A stretch of DNA of 64,000 bases from Bacteroidales bacterium (lineage in GTDB: Bacteria > Bacteroidota > Bacteroidia > Bacteroidales > JBGRPZ01): positions 6,627 to 70,626 of the forward strand of contig JBGRQE010000008.1 of NCBI GenBank assembly GCA_041725955.1, given 5' to 3'. The notes below the pieces were generated by a model. The model was not told the DNA's origin. It ran no database searches and saw only the letters and a program-made list of their open reading frames with translations. A program made the translations under genes and the position numbers. Positions 10,901-22,237 of this stretch are shown piece by piece. How positions within the stretch are numbered: the stretch's first letter is position 1; each line of letters opens with the position of its first letter.

Positions 10901-10924
10901 ATCGCAAAATAAATTAACGATAAA

Positions 10925-11740
10925 ATGTCAATAAATCGAAAGGTCGCATTCATAACAGGGGCTTCTTCTGGAATAGGAAAAGCAATTGCAATGCATTTTT
11001 TAAAGCTGAATTATAAAGTATACGGTACAAGTAGAAAAAAAACAGAACAAAAAGAGGACAACATATTCTTTTTACAAATGGATGTTAATGACGATATCTC
11101 CGTACAAAAAGCATGTCAGGAGTTTACATCCAAAGAAAACAATCTCGACCTTTTGATTAATTGTGCGGGTTTAGGAATAAATGGTTCTGTAGAAGAAATG
11201 CCTATAAATGAAGTTAAAAGCGTTTTTGAGACTAACTTTTTTGGTCCTTTAAGAGTTTGTCAGCAATTAATTCCTCTAATGAGAAAACAAAAAAAAGGAC
11301 ATATAATTAATGTAAGTTCTATTGCCGGAGAGGCAGGTCTACCATTCAGAGGGTTTTATTCAGCCAGTAAATTTGCTCTTGAAGGGATGACAGAATCTTT
11401 AAGAATGGAACTACGTGCTTATAACATAAAGGTGTGTCTACTTCAGCCAGGCGATTTCAATACAAATATAGCTAACGCCCGAAAAGGTACTGGAATCCCC
11501 AAAAACTCACCCTATCAAAAATTTCTCGAGCAAATGGAGCAACAAATTGAAGAGGGAATGAATAAATCTCCAAAACCTGATTGTGTTGGTCCTTTCGTAG
11601 AAAATATTATTAAAAAGAAGAATCCAAAATTAAGATATAGAGTAGGCGCCAAACTTGAAACTATTACACCTATTTTAAAATGTATTTTGCCCTATAAAAT
11701 ATACGAGGCTCTCATATTAAAATTTTACAATATGAAATAA
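10925..11740 (+). CDS. SDR family NAD(P)-dependent oxidoreductase
   Basis: TGASSGIG Rossmann motif, NCAG, catalytic YSASK. Confidence 0.93.
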   Translation: MSINRKVAFITGASSGIGKAIAMHFLKLNYKVYGTSRKKTEQKEDNIFFLQMDVNDDISVQKACQEFTSKENNLDLLINCAGLGINGSVEEMPINEVKSVFETNFFGPLRVCQQLIPLMRKQKKGHIINVSSIAGEAGLPFRGFYSASKFALEGMTESLRMELRAYNIKVCLLQPGDFNTNIANARKGTGIPKNSPYQKFLEQMEQQIEEGMNKSPKPDCVGPFVENIIKKKNPKLRYRVGAKLETITPILKCILPYKIYEALILKFYNMK

Positions 11741-11784
11741 ATAAAAGCGACTCTTAAGCTTACGCTTTATAGAGTCGCTTTTAT
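11741..11784. terminator. Bidirectional intrinsic terminator
   Basis: ATAAAAGCGACTCT / AGAGTCGCTTTTAT stem between convergent genes. Confidence 0.8.
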
Positions 11785-11808
11785 CTTAACATATATGTAA
11801 TCAGATAA

Positions 11809-14265
11809 TTACTTTATTATAATTTTACAACATTCAGTCTTTGAATTATGTCTTTTCTTCAAAATATAAACCCCTTTTTCTAAAGAAGAAAGATCCATAT
11901 AGTAACTATTAGAATTTGCTTTACCAGTATAAACAACAGTACCTTTTAAGGTAACAATCTGAATAACTGCTCCTTCATTAGATTGAACATAAATTCCACC
12001 CTCAGTAGGATTAGGATGCGCAAAGCTTTTTTCAATATTATTCTCTTCCAAAGACACTTCAAATTCAATTGCTGATTCATAAATCAAAGGTAAACTAGCA
12101 AAATGCTCTTTCCCTTCTTCATTACTTCCTTTCAAGCGAACCTGAATTGCTTTTGCAGCATAGTCTTTTTTTTCTAATAGAATTGGATTTGCACTAACAT
12201 CACTCCAATTGGTTCCTGCATTAACAGTATATTCATATTTTGCTAAATCTGTATAATCAGGATTAATATCAAAAGAGATAGTTAATTTTTCTTTTGATAA
12301 TTTGAAGTTTTCTGGAGATTTTGGACGATCATCTGTTTTCAATTCAAAGACAGGAGAAACTGCACCATTATTCGTAGATTGAAATTTAAAATAATAAGTC
12401 TTTGAAGGTTCTATTGACAAGACCTTGTTTTTACCTTTAATAATCTCTTCAAAATCTTTAGAAGTACTCATTGCAAAATCACGACTTACTTTTTCTAGAG
12501 TAGTTTCTTTCTCATAATTTACAGAAAAAGAGAAATCATTATTTTCAAATGCACCTAAATCAACAATACCATTAGTTCTGCGTAATCCTAAAAAGTCAAA
12601 ACGAGAAGTCATTACGCTATTATCACCTTTATCAATAATAACACTTGTTGACTCTACATTCCAATTTGCATCAAGAAGTTCCTGAAATTTATCTTTATTT
12701 TCGTTTATTGCTCTTCCTATAAACTTAACAGGTTTAATAAACTTAACAAAGTTCCCATCTCCTGCACCAGAATTAGCAGAGCTAAGATTTATATTATTTT
12801 CTCCTGCACCATCTCCTGTATAACCACCCTGAATTGCACAATGATGAATATTCATTCCTGTACCATAAACCTGAACGGCTTTTTTATCATCACCATAAAT
12901 TACAAGATTTGCTAAATCACCTTTACCAGAATGATATACTTGAGTTCCCCCTAACTTAGAATAGTTATTTGCTACAGTAACATTATAAATTTTGGTATCT
13001 TCTCTACTACTAATACCTCCACCAAAAAGTTTAGTTTCATTATTATAAACTACTGAGTTTTTAAGCCCTGCACCTTTAGTCAAATAAACACCACCACCAG
13101 ACTGTGCATTGTTATTTGCAGAAATACAATACTCAGCATTTGCTTTACCATTAATATATAAACCTCCACCACTATTTACTGAAGTATTGGAATAAACTTT
13201 ACAATATTTAAAGGTAGCTTTTTCTGCTGTACTCATAAATGCTAAACCACCACCATTTTGTTTGGCTATGTTTTCGGTAAATGTACAGTTAAAAACAAAA
13301 GCATTACCTGTAGTTAACAAGCCTCCACCAATTTTGGAAGACTCATTCTTTGTGAAAGTAGAATTCTTTAAGTTTCCATGTTTGATATTCGCACCACCAC
13401 CAAAGCTACTGGCTTTATTTTCTTCAAAAAGACAATTATCTATGCTAATATTTCCTAATGCATAAAGTCCACCTCCAGATGATATAGAAGTATTCTTTTT
13501 AAATTCAGAGCCTTTTACATCAGCGTTTACAGAGACATATACTCCACCACCAGATTTTTCGGAAATATTCTCAATAAATTTACAATTTTCAATCTTTCCA
13601 TATTGAAGTATTGAAATTGCACCACCATTATTTTTCGAAGAATTCTTTTTAAAAGTACACCCTTTAAATACACCACCCACATCAGTAGAATAGACTGCTC
13701 CACCATATTCTGGCGCTTGATTTTCTGAGAATATACAATTTTCAAATAATGCAGGAACATCAACAAAAACAGCACCACCATTATTTACACATTCATTCTT
13801 TTTAAAATGAGAATTACTAAAGCAAATCTTACTCCAATTAATAATTGCTAAACATCCGCCTTTATTATCTTCATAATTATCACCTGTCTTTTTAGAATAC
13901 TCAAAAATACAGTAATCAAAAGTACTTTTTTCTGTCTCTTTAGGAATACTAAATAAATTATAGCACACTAACCCATTCCAGCCTTCCTCCTGATTTTCAG
14001 CAGTAAAACGAATGGAATCATTTTCAGCTCCTAATGCTTGTACATATCCTATTTCATCTATCTGAAAACGATAATGTCCTTTAAAATTAACTTTTGTACC
14101 TGCTTCAATTTTAAGTAAACCTGTCTTAACTATAACATCACCGGTAATATTTACCACTCCTGACCAAGTCTTTCCTCCTTGCTCTCCCTGAGCATCTATC
14201 TCTGTTTGAGCAAAAAGGAAATTTCCTAAAGTCAAGAAGAAAAATAAAATGTAAATTTTTTTCAT
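11809..14265 (-). CDS. T9SS-secreted right-handed beta-helix protein with Pmp-like FxxN/GG[AG] repeats
   Basis: Signal peptide; about a dozen approximately 22-aa repeats such as FKKNSSKNNGGAI and FIENISEKSGGGV; DLGAFE motif; C-terminal HPNPTEG...LEKGVYILK...KIIIK type A CTD. Confidence 0.85.
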   Translation of the reverse strand: MKKIYILFFFLTLGNFLFAQTEIDAQGEQGGKTWSGVVNITGDVIVKTGLLKIEAGTKVNFKGHYRFQIDEIGYVQALGAENDSIRFTAENQEEGWNGLVCYNLFSIPKETEKSTFDYCIFEYSKKTGDNYEDNKGGCLAIINWSKICFSNSHFKKNECVNNGGAVFVDVPALFENCIFSENQAPEYGGAVYSTDVGGVFKGCTFKKNSSKNNGGAISILQYGKIENCKFIENISEKSGGGVYVSVNADVKGSEFKKNTSISSGGGLYALGNISIDNCLFEENKASSFGGGANIKHGNLKNSTFTKNESSKIGGGLLTTGNAFVFNCTFTENIAKQNGGGLAFMSTAEKATFKYCKVYSNTSVNSGGGLYINGKANAEYCISANNNAQSGGGVYLTKGAGLKNSVVYNNETKLFGGGISSREDTKIYNVTVANNYSKLGGTQVYHSGKGDLANLVIYGDDKKAVQVYGTGMNIHHCAIQGGYTGDGAGENNINLSSANSGAGDGNFVKFIKPVKFIGRAINENKDKFQELLDANWNVESTSVIIDKGDNSVMTSRFDFLGLRRTNGIVDLGAFENNDFSFSVNYEKETTLEKVSRDFAMSTSKDFEEIIKGKNKVLSIEPSKTYYFKFQSTNNGAVSPVFELKTDDRPKSPENFKLSKEKLTISFDINPDYTDLAKYEYTVNAGTNWSDVSANPILLEKKDYAAKAIQVRLKGSNEEGKEHFASLPLIYESAIEFEVSLEENNIEKSFAHPNPTEGGIYVQSNEGAVIQIVTLKGTVVYTGKANSNSYYMDLSSLEKGVYILKKRHNSKTECCKIIIK

Positions 14266-14347
14266 CTTCTATTAATTAATATAAAAAGTTTAGCAAAAGA
14301 AAGAGAAAACTTTCTTATTGCCAAATATTAATTAATAGCATATTTTC

Positions 14348-16987
14348 TTACTTTATGCCCTTAAGCATACTTTTTATTTCATTTAATTTCATCAAAGCCT
14401 CAACTGGTGTAAGGGTATCTATATTTGTATTCAATATATCTTCCTTAATTTGATGAAGTAATGGATCATCCAATTGTATAAAACTCAATTGATAATCTTG
14501 CTCATTAGAAGATATACTTTCCTTTGCACCATTTTTAGTAGAAGTGCCACTATCTTGATTTTGCAAATGAGAATTCTCCAAAAACTGTAATATATCATTT
14601 GCTCTGGAAATTACTTCTGAAGGCATCCCAGCCATGCGAGCAACATGAATACCAAAACTATGTTCACTTCCTCCTGGCCTAAGTTTTCGTAAAAAAATGA
14701 CTTTATTACCTATTTCCTTAACAGAAACATGATAGTTCTTTATACGACTAAACTGTTTTGTCATATCATTCAACTCATGATAATGAGTTGCAAAAAGCAC
14801 TTTTGGCCTGCATTTCTTTAACTTATGCAGATATTCTGTAATCGACCATGCAATAGAAATACCATCATAGGTACTTGTTCCACGACCAATTTCATCCAAT
14901 AATATTAGACTTCGGTCACTTACATTATTTAAAATACTCGCAGTTTCATTCATCTCTACCATAAAAGTAGATTCTCCAGAAGAAATATTATCTGATGCAC
15001 CAACGCGAGTAAAAACCTTATCAACAAGTCCGATCGTAGCACTCTTTGCAGGAACATAGCAACCCATCTGAGCCATAAGGACAATTAAAGCTGTTTGCCT
15101 TAAAAGAGCGGATTTTCCAGACATATTTGGTCCTGTAAGCATAATAATCTGCTGCTCATCTTTATCCAAAAAAACATCATTAGCTATATACTCTTCACAG
15201 ACAGGCAATTGTTTTTCAATAACAGGATGTCTTCCTTCTTTAATATCTATTTCACATCCATCATGGATAACAGGTTTACTATAATTACTTTCCGATGATA
15301 ATTTGGCGAAAGAGTTCAAAACATCTAATCGAGCCAACAAACTCCCATTCATCAGAATAGGTTGAACATAATCTGAAACTGCAATTACTAAATTTGAAAA
15401 CAATTGTTGTTCAAGAGAAAGAATTTTTTCTTCTGCACCCAATATTTTTTGTTCATACTCTTTTAGTTCTTCGGTAATATATCTTTCCGAATTTGTTAAA
15501 GTTTGTTTTCTATGCCACTCTTTAGGAACTTTATCTTTGTGAGTATTGGTGACTTCCAGATAATAACCAAAAACATTATTGTAGCCTATTTTCAAACTTG
15601 ATATGCCAGTACGTTCATTCTCCCTCTTTTGAATTTGGCATAGATAATCTTTGCCATTAAAAGCAAGTCTTCGCAGTTCATCCAATTCCTTATTTACACC
15701 ATCAGCAATAACATTTCCTTTATTGACAAGTGCAGGTGGATCATCATTTAATTCTAAACGAATTTTTTCACGAATAGAATCACAAATATTTAGTTGTTCG
15801 CAGATTTTTTTTAAACTTACATTCCCATATTTCAATCCTAATAGCTTAACCTTTTCAACGATATCTAGGCCTCTAAGCAATTGCAGTAATTCTCTGGGAT
15901 TTATTCTTGAAACAGATACCTTTGCTACTAATCTTTCTAAATCACCACACGATTTAAGGTTCGTTTCAATATTTTCGGATAAAGAAGAATCATCAATTAA
16001 ATTATCAACAATATTCAAACGTTCATTAATTCTATAATTCTCCTTAAGAGGCATTGCTATCCATCTTTTTAACAGTCGCCCTCCCATAGGAGAAGATGTT
16101 CTATCCATAATCTCCAAAAGGGAAGTTGCTCCATCATTTGCAGATCCTAACAACTCAAGATTTCTAATTGTAAAACGATCTAACCAAACATAACGCTCTT
16201 CTTCAATACGTCGAATCTTAGAGATGTGAGAGACTTTATCATGATGTGTTTCTGCTAAATAATGCAAAGCAGCTCCTGCTGCAATTATGGCATATTGTAG
16301 ATTATTTATACCAAATCCCTTCAATGAATTGGTATTAAAATGTCTCAATAAAGTTTCATTAGCAAAATCCTGTGTAAAAACCCAATCTTCCAAACAAGCT
16401 ATATAAAGTTTATCACCAAAACGCGAAACAAAATCATGCTTCTGATTGCGCTGAACAACAATTTCGCTAGGAGATAAACTTTGCAACAATTTCTCTATAT
16501 ATTCCATTGAACCTTCAGCAACAAAGAACTCTCCTGTTGAAATATCCAGAAAAGAAATTCCTGCATTTTTCCTATCATAATGTAATGCAGCAAGAAAGTT
16601 ATTTGCTTTCTGTTCTAGCACTTTATCATTAAAAGAAACTCCAGGAGTTACCAATTCTGTCACACCGCGCTTTACAATCTTTTTAGTAAGCTTTGGATCT
16701 TCCAACTGATCACAAATAGCTACTCTATGACCAGCTCGAACTAGCTTAGGCAAATAAGTATCTAAAGAATGGTGAGGAAATCCTGCCAATTCAACATAAG
16801 CAGCAGATCCATTTGCTCGCTTAGTTAATACAATTCCTAAAACCTTACTGGTTTTTATTGCATCCTCGCCAAAAGTTTCATAAAAATCTCCTACACGAAA
16901 CAAGAGCAATGCATCTGGATACTTTGCTTTTATCGTGTTGTATTGCTTCATCAGAGGCGTCTCTGCCACTTTACTTGTTTTTGCCAA
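14348..16987 (-). CDS. mutS: DNA mismatch repair protein MutS
   Basis: [17 protein letters not shown], Walker [48 protein letters not shown]. Confidence 0.98.
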   Translation of the reverse strand: MAKTSKVAETPLMKQYNTIKAKYPDALLLFRVGDFYETFGEDAIKTSKVLGIVLTKRANGSAAYVELAGFPHHSLDTYLPKLVRAGHRVAICDQLEDPKLTKKIVKRGVTELVTPGVSFNDKVLEQKANNFLAALHYDRKNAGISFLDISTGEFFVAEGSMEYIEKLLQSLSPSEIVVQRNQKHDFVSRFGDKLYIACLEDWVFTQDFANETLLRHFNTNSLKGFGINNLQYAIIAAGAALHYLAETHHDKVSHISKIRRIEEERYVWLDRFTIRNLELLGSANDGATSLLEIMDRTSSPMGGRLLKRWIAMPLKENYRINERLNIVDNLIDDSSLSENIETNLKSCGDLERLVAKVSVSRINPRELLQLLRGLDIVEKVKLLGLKYGNVSLKKICEQLNICDSIREKIRLELNDDPPALVNKGNVIADGVNKELDELRRLAFNGKDYLCQIQKRENERTGISSLKIGYNNVFGYYLEVTNTHKDKVPKEWHRKQTLTNSERYITEELKEYEQKILGAEEKILSLEQQLFSNLVIAVSDYVQPILMNGSLLARLDVLNSFAKLSSESNYSKPVIHDGCEIDIKEGRHPVIEKQLPVCEEYIANDVFLDKDEQQIIMLTGPNMSGKSALLRQTALIVLMAQMGCYVPAKSATIGLVDKVFTRVGASDNISSGESTFMVEMNETASILNNVSDRSLILLDEIGRGTSTYDGISIAWSITEYLHKLKKCRPKVLFATHYHELNDMTKQFSRIKNYHVSVKEIGNKVIFLRKLRPGGSEHSFGIHVARMAGMPSEVISRANDILQFLENSHLQNQDSGTSTKNGAKESISSNEQDYQLSFIQLDDPLLHQIKEDILNTNIDTLTPVEALMKLNEIKSMLKGIK

Positions 16988-17095
16988 TTGTAAATGGATT
17001 TAAATATTACGAAGAATTAAGATAAAATCTGGAACAAAAATAGAAAAGAAAATAAACTATAATACTCCAAACAATTGGTGTAAAAAATAAAAACA

Positions 17096-17103
17096 TATAT
17101 TTG
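17096..17103 (+). promoter_or_regulatory. Bacteroidota -7 promoter element
   Basis: TATATTTG about 40 bp upstream of the ATG at 17143. Confidence 0.5.
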
Positions 17104-17142
17104 CCTAATTCAGAATAATTGTACAATTGATTTTTTTTTAAA

Positions 17143-19122
17143 ATGGGAGTATTTCAGGAAAAGCAATTAAGTCGACTTACTATTAAATGGTTAATATTTA
17201 TAATTTCAAGTATTGTATTTTTTATTATTTCAAAGCCAAATATACCAAAATACACTGGAGATTCTCTGGATTATATAGCTATGACAGAAAGTTGGAAGAA
17301 TCATTTAAGTCCAGAAATTCAAATTGAAGATGTTATTTCAACCAATAAAATCCAAGTCAAATATTTTAATGGCAGAGATATATTACCAGAAAATCCGGAA
17401 TATTGGAAAATGGAAAACTTCATGGACCATTATTGGGTATATTATGGAACAGGAAATGGTAAAGCACATAATCAACATTTTTGGTTTTACTCACTGATCA
17501 TAACCCCTTTTTATATATGCTTATCATATTTTAATTTATGTCCACTTTTAGCTTTTTCTTTTACAACATTTTTCCTGCTTTTAGGATTCATATATTTTAT
17601 ACTTTTTAAAAGTAAATTTAATACTATTAATGCTGTTTTTGTTATTTGCATTTTATTTTTCTCATCCTACCTATGGTATTCAAGAACAATTCATACTGAG
17701 GCCTATACTATGATATTAGTAACATGGTCTATGATACTTTACTTTGAAAAAAAACATTATTCTTCATTGTTTTTAGCAAGTATAGCTGCTATACAAAACC
17801 CTCCCTTAATTATTTTAGCAGGTTTTATTTATGGAGAAAAATTAATACGCGAAAAATTCAAATTATCTTCAATAATCAAACTGTCTGTTTGTTCTGCAAT
17901 TGGTTTTATAACGTACGCTTTCTATCTTATTGAGTTCCATATGCCAAGTATTATATCAGATCAAGGTATATTTATTGAAAACTTTAACTTCCGTCGGTTT
18001 TTGGGTGTGTTTTTTGATCTAGACCAAGGAATGATATACTCAATACCTATAATACTCCCTTTATTTATCCTTGTTTATTGCATTGAATTATTTAAAGCCA
18101 TAAAACTAAAACAATTAAAATTTCATTTTTTTATTCCGCTAGTTATCTCCATTATATGCCTAGGTTTTATGGGGATGTTTAATTGGAATCACGGAATGTT
18201 AATAATTAGCCGATATACAGTATGGTTATCAGCAATTATTTTCATCTATTTTATTTTCCTTACACTAAATAAAAAATACTTTAAATATTTAATGATTCCG
18301 ATACTCGCCTCTCAAATATTTATTGCTTTTTATTTTGGCGGAACTTATCCTGAAGGCTGGGGTGTTGAACGGAAACCATTATCCGATTATATGTTGAAAA
18401 AACACCCCAAATATTACAATCCAGATTGGCAAATTTTTCAAGCAAGATCTATTATGAAATGGGACAAACAACCTTTCGTTCCTTTACTAGATGATGATGG
18501 AGTTCCATATAAAATAGGCTTTACCAAAGGAAATGAAGATAAAGCTGCGGAATATGGATATTCAAAAGAACAAATTGAAAAATTTAAAAGAGAAACAAAG
18601 TTTTATGCAAACTATGGCTATATAAATGAAACTCCTGCGTTTCCTGAAATTGCAAAAAACAGGCTATTGAAAACAACAATAAAATTTAACATAGACCAGT
18701 CAAATGGAGAGCATACGCCTTCCAATTATATGGAATACATTGCCAATAATAGAAATAGCGTTTCTACAGAAAAAGCTTTTGTGGGAAAGAAATCATTTAA
18801 AATTAGTCAACACTCGAGGTACTTTTATATTTTTGATCTTCCTATAAAGAAGGAAGGAATTGTTGTGTTTTCAGCATGGATTAATGAAACAAATGATAAA
18901 ACTAGCTTAGTTGTAAATAATAACAATTTATGGAATAGCAACAACTCGTCATTAAAAGAAAAAGATGAATGGCATAAAAAAGAGCTGCGGCTAAAGGTAA
19001 ATCCAAATATGGAATTATTAAAATTTTCATTTGACACACCACAAGATGAAGATATTTTTATCGATAATATTGAAATCGACTACATAAAAAACAATCAACA
19101 AGCGTCCATTATAAATAACTAA
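17143..19122 (+). CDS. Polytopic membrane protein, probable GT-C-fold glycosyltransferase with a C-terminal carbohydrate-binding-like domain
   Basis: Acidic GDSLDY motif after TM1, many TM helices, HTE motif, soluble beta-rich tail (EKAFVGKKSFKI...FSAWI...IFIDNIEI); adjacent to an O-acetylation pair. Function is inferred. Confidence 0.55.
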   Translation: MGVFQEKQLSRLTIKWLIFIISSIVFFIISKPNIPKYTGDSLDYIAMTESWKNHLSPEIQIEDVISTNKIQVKYFNGRDILPENPEYWKMENFMDHYWVYYGTGNGKAHNQHFWFYSLIITPFYICLSYFNLCPLLAFSFTTFFLLLGFIYFILFKSKFNTINAVFVICILFFSSYLWYSRTIHTEAYTMILVTWSMILYFEKKHYSSLFLASIAAIQNPPLIILAGFIYGEKLIREKFKLSSIIKLSVCSAIGFITYAFYLIEFHMPSIISDQGIFIENFNFRRFLGVFFDLDQGMIYSIPIILPLFILVYCIELFKAIKLKQLKFHFFIPLVISIICLGFMGMFNWNHGMLIISRYTVWLSAIIFIYFIFLTLNKKYFKYLMIPILASQIFIAFYFGGTYPEGWGVERKPLSDYMLKKHPKYYNPDWQIFQARSIMKWDKQPFVPLLDDDGVPYKIGFTKGNEDKAAEYGYSKEQIEKFKRETKFYANYGYINETPAFPEIAKNRLLKTTIKFNIDQSNGEHTPSNYMEYIANNRNSVSTEKAFVGKKSFKISQHSRYFYIFDLPIKKEGIVVFSAWINETNDKTSLVVNNNNLWNSNNSSLKEKDEWHKKELRLKVNPNMELLKFSFDTPQDEDIFIDNIEIDYIKNNQQASIINN

Positions 19123-19189
19123 TACTAATTTGTTGTGGAAATCAAAATAATTGTTTTTTTATGTTTTCAGTAAATATAGTTTTGAAATT

Positions 19190-20638
19190 ATGATTTTTAG
19201 TTCAGGGGTTTTTCTATTTATTTTCTTACCAATAATTTTGGTTGGAAATTTTTTACTAAAAAAAGAATTTAAGAATATTTTTCTTCTTATAGGAAGTTTA
19301 ATTTTTTTTGCTTGGGGAGGAGTTAGCTATTCAGCAATTTTAATTTTATCGTTATTAATCAATTATTTTTCTGGGCTAGCGATTAACTACTTTAAAGGAA
19401 CAAAAAAGAAAACATCCCTTATTATTGCAATAATTTTAAATATAGGAGTACTTGGCACATTCAAATACGCAGATTTTATTGTAGAAAACATAAATCATCT
19501 ATCTAACTTATTTAAGTTTACTGAAATAAAAGCTCCTGGAATTATTTTACCTATTGGAATTTCTTTTTATACATTCCAAGCAATGTCTTATATTATAGAC
19601 GTGTATAGAGAGGAAGTTGGAGTACAAAAGAATTTCTTCAAATTAGCATTATACATATCATTCTTCCCACAACTAATTGCCGGACCAATAGTAAGATATA
19701 AAGACATTGAAAAACAAATCAATGAACGAAAAGACAATATAATCAACCTGACATTAGGTATACAACGCTTTGTTTTAGGATTAGTAAAAAAAGTTATAAT
19801 AGCAGATCAATTTGCTTTAGTAGCAGATACTGTATTTAATATATCAGATAGTAACTTGGGCTTTATAACTGCTTGGATTGGCATCGCAGCTTATACTATT
19901 CAAATCTATTTTGACTTTTCCGGATATTCCGACATGGCTATTGGGTTAGGGAAAATGTTTGGATTTCAATTCCCAGAAAATTTCAATTTTCCATATATCG
20001 CCAAATCAATTCGTGAATTTTGGCAAAGATGGCATATCACACTCTCTTCATGGTTTAGAAACTATCTATATTTTTCTTTGGGAGGAAACAAAAAAAGCCA
20101 GTCACGCACCATCATTAATTTACTTATTGTTTTCTTTGCCACATCTATCTGGCATGGTGCAAATTGGAATTTTGTAATTTGGGGGATGACACATGGTTTC
20201 TTTATGATGCTTGAACGCCTTGGATTAGCCAAAATACTAAACAAACTATGGACTCCTATTCAGCATATCTATACTTTATTTATTGTAATGACTGCTTGGA
20301 TTTTTTTCAGATCACCTGATTTTTCACATGGTTATCAATTTCTACTTAGTTTATTTAACTTTCAAAATTCAGAAATTTCATATGAAGTAAAATCTTTAGT
20401 ATTTACTAATTTATTTTTAACAACTTCGATAATTGCATTAATAAGTTGCACACCTTTTTGGTTAATCCTAAAAAGAAATATAAACAACTTAACATTACAT
20501 TTAAATCATAAAATTCGAAATTTACTAGGTTTAAGCTATCAAATTGGAGAAAGCTTGACTATTTGCTCTGGATTATATATTTCAAGCATAATAATTATCT
20601 CCGATTCATACTCTCCATTTATCTATTTTCAATTTTAA
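19190..20638 (+). CDS. MBOAT O-acyltransferase, AlgI/PatA-like (copy 1)
   Basis: LPIGISFYTFQAMSY, FFPQLIAGPIVRY, QIYFDFSGYSDMAIGLG, EFWQRWHITLSSW, catalytic WHGA, PFIYFQF. Start moved to ATG 19190 (MIFSSGVFLF). Confidence 0.93.
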   Translation: MIFSSGVFLFIFLPIILVGNFLLKKEFKNIFLLIGSLIFFAWGGVSYSAILILSLLINYFSGLAINYFKGTKKKTSLIIAIILNIGVLGTFKYADFIVENINHLSNLFKFTEIKAPGIILPIGISFYTFQAMSYIIDVYREEVGVQKNFFKLALYISFFPQLIAGPIVRYKDIEKQINERKDNIINLTLGIQRFVLGLVKKVIIADQFALVADTVFNISDSNLGFITAWIGIAAYTIQIYFDFSGYSDMAIGLGKMFGFQFPENFNFPYIAKSIREFWQRWHITLSSWFRNYLYFSLGGNKKSQSRTIINLLIVFFATSIWHGANWNFVIWGMTHGFFMMLERLGLAKILNKLWTPIQHIYTLFIVMTAWIFFRSPDFSHGYQFLLSLFNFQNSEISYEVKSLVFTNLFLTTSIIALISCTPFWLILKRNINNLTLHLNHKIRNLLGLSYQIGESLTICSGLYISSIIIISDSYSPFIYFQF

Positions 20639-20646
20639 AAACATAG

Positions 20647-21783
20647 ATGATGAAAAAAATAAAATATATACTAATACCAACAGGTTTTATTCTCTTTTTG
20701 ATTTTCCCAAAAATCAATGTTATCACCCATTGGGTTAAACCTTTGAACTTAGAAGAGAACAGGATAATGTCTGAAAAACCAGATTTTAACATTACAAATC
20801 TGGATCCATTTCCTATGGCATATGAAAAATACTATAATGATAATTTTTGTTTAAAATCAAACTTCGTAGGAAGATATAACTACTTCAAATTCAGACTAAA
20901 CAAAAAATCACCAAACCCAAAATCTGTTCTTGTTGGTAAAAAAGATTTCTTCTTTTATAATGATCAATCAATCAAAATAGTAAGTGGGATTTTCCAATAT
21001 TCTAAAGAACAACTTGACGCTTTTAAGAAAGAAATTCAAAGTAGAACAGAATTACTAAAGAAAGAAAACTGCAAATATTATCTTGCAATTATCCCAACAA
21101 AAGGAGTAATTTATAATGAATACCTCCCTGATGATATTCAAGTAGTAAAAAAAAATATAAGATCTACTGAAATATTAATTAAATACTTAAGAGACAATGG
21201 CTGCGACAATGTAATTTATTTGCAATCCGCACTTGAAGAAGCAAAGAAAAAACACAGAATATTTCATAAACATGACAATCATTGGAATAATAATGGTGCC
21301 TTTGCTGCAACAACTGCTATTCAAAAAAGAATTCAAAAAGACTTTCCTAATGTAAGAATATACGACCTCAAAGATTATACAATTAGAAGCGAAAAGGTTA
21401 ATCAAGGGGGTGATTTAGCAAATATAATTGGTCTAAGTCCTTTCTTAACAGAAACCAAATTTAAATACATCCCAAACAACGATTTACCTCAAGTTTTCAA
21501 TGGAAACAAAAAGAATTATCCAATCCCCGAAGGTTTTGCTTATGGATGGGGATATGAGGTTCAAAAAAGAACAGAAAATGACTCTTTACCAAAATTAATG
21601 GTAGTAAACAATTCGTTTGGCCCATACACAAATGAATTTCTTTCACGAAGTTTTTCCAAATCTGTATATATCTGGGATAAATGGGAGTTTAAACTTAATG
21701 ATGATATAAGAAGAGTGGAAAAGCCAGATGTTTTTCTAACATTAATTACCGACTTTTCTTTAGATGCATTATTGAAAAAATAA
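20647..21783 (+). CDS. AlgJ/AlgX-like SGNH-type O-acetyltransferase (copy 1)
   Basis: N-terminal TM, EENR, YEKYYNDNF, IPTK, DNHWN (DxHW), NSF; directly follows the MBOAT gene. Confidence 0.85.
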   Translation: MMKKIKYILIPTGFILFLIFPKINVITHWVKPLNLEENRIMSEKPDFNITNLDPFPMAYEKYYNDNFCLKSNFVGRYNYFKFRLNKKSPNPKSVLVGKKDFFFYNDQSIKIVSGIFQYSKEQLDAFKKEIQSRTELLKKENCKYYLAIIPTKGVIYNEYLPDDIQVVKKNIRSTEILIKYLRDNGCDNVIYLQSALEEAKKKHRIFHKHDNHWNNNGAFAATTAIQKRIQKDFPNVRIYDLKDYTIRSEKVNQGGDLANIIGLSPFLTETKFKYIPNNDLPQVFNGNKKNYPIPEGFAYGWGYEVQKRTENDSLPKLMVVNNSFGPYTNEFLSRSFSKSVYIWDKWEFKLNDDIRRVEKPDVFLTLITDFSLDALLKK

Positions 21784-21882
21784 CACAAAAGAAAAGGCAT
21801 TACTAGTATTCACAAAATCAATCAGATAAAAAAAAGAGAAAAAAAATCATATTTTTTCTTGCATAAAAAAGAAAAAACTTTC

Positions 21883-21890
21883 TATATTTG
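21883..21890 (+). promoter_or_regulatory. Promoter -7 element for the tRNA-Gly/tRNA-Leu operon
   Basis: TATATTTG about 17 bp before tRNA-Gly, with TTG about 21 bp further upstream. Confidence 0.7.
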
Positions 21891-21906
21891 CACTCGCAAA
21901 CGACAA

Positions 21907-21979
21907 GCGAAAGTAGCTCAGCTGGTAGAGCATAACCTTGCCAAGGTTAGGGTCGCGAGTTCGAATCTCGTCTTTCGCT
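21907..21979 (+). tRNA. tRNA-Gly(GCC)
   Basis: Acceptor GCGAAAG/CTTTCGC, D-arm AGCTCAGCTGGTAGAGC, anticodon arm TAACC-TTGCCAA-GGTTA, T-loop GTTCGAATC; CCA not encoded. Confidence 0.97.
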
Positions 21980-22012
21980 CAAAAGGCTAAAACGCCTTTT
22001 CGCAACCAAAAC

Positions 22013-22097
22013 GCCCAGGTGGTGGAATTGGTAGACACGTTGGACTTAAAATCCAATGGCCATCGCGGCCGTGCGGGTTCAAGTCCCGCCCTGGGTA
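22013..22097 (+). tRNA. tRNA-Leu(TAA)
   Basis: Acceptor GCCCAGG/CCTGGGT, anticodon arm TTGGA-CTTAAAA-TCCAA, long variable arm GGCCATCGCGGCC, T-loop GTTCAAGTC. Confidence 0.97.
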
Positions 22098-22098
22098 C

Positions 22099-22133
22099 AA
22101 AAGCAGATTTCATTCGAAATCTGCTTTTTTTTT
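22099..22133 (+). terminator. Intrinsic terminator of the tRNA operon
   Basis: AAAAGCAGATTTC-ATTC-GAAATCTGCTTTT followed by a T run. Confidence 0.85.
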
Positions 22134-22237
22134 ATCCCCTATTTAAAATGGATCACCCACTAATGGAATCAAGGATCAAGTCGATAACTTGGGATCAATC
22201 CGAAAATCTGGTGGATGAATATTTTTTTACGGGATCG

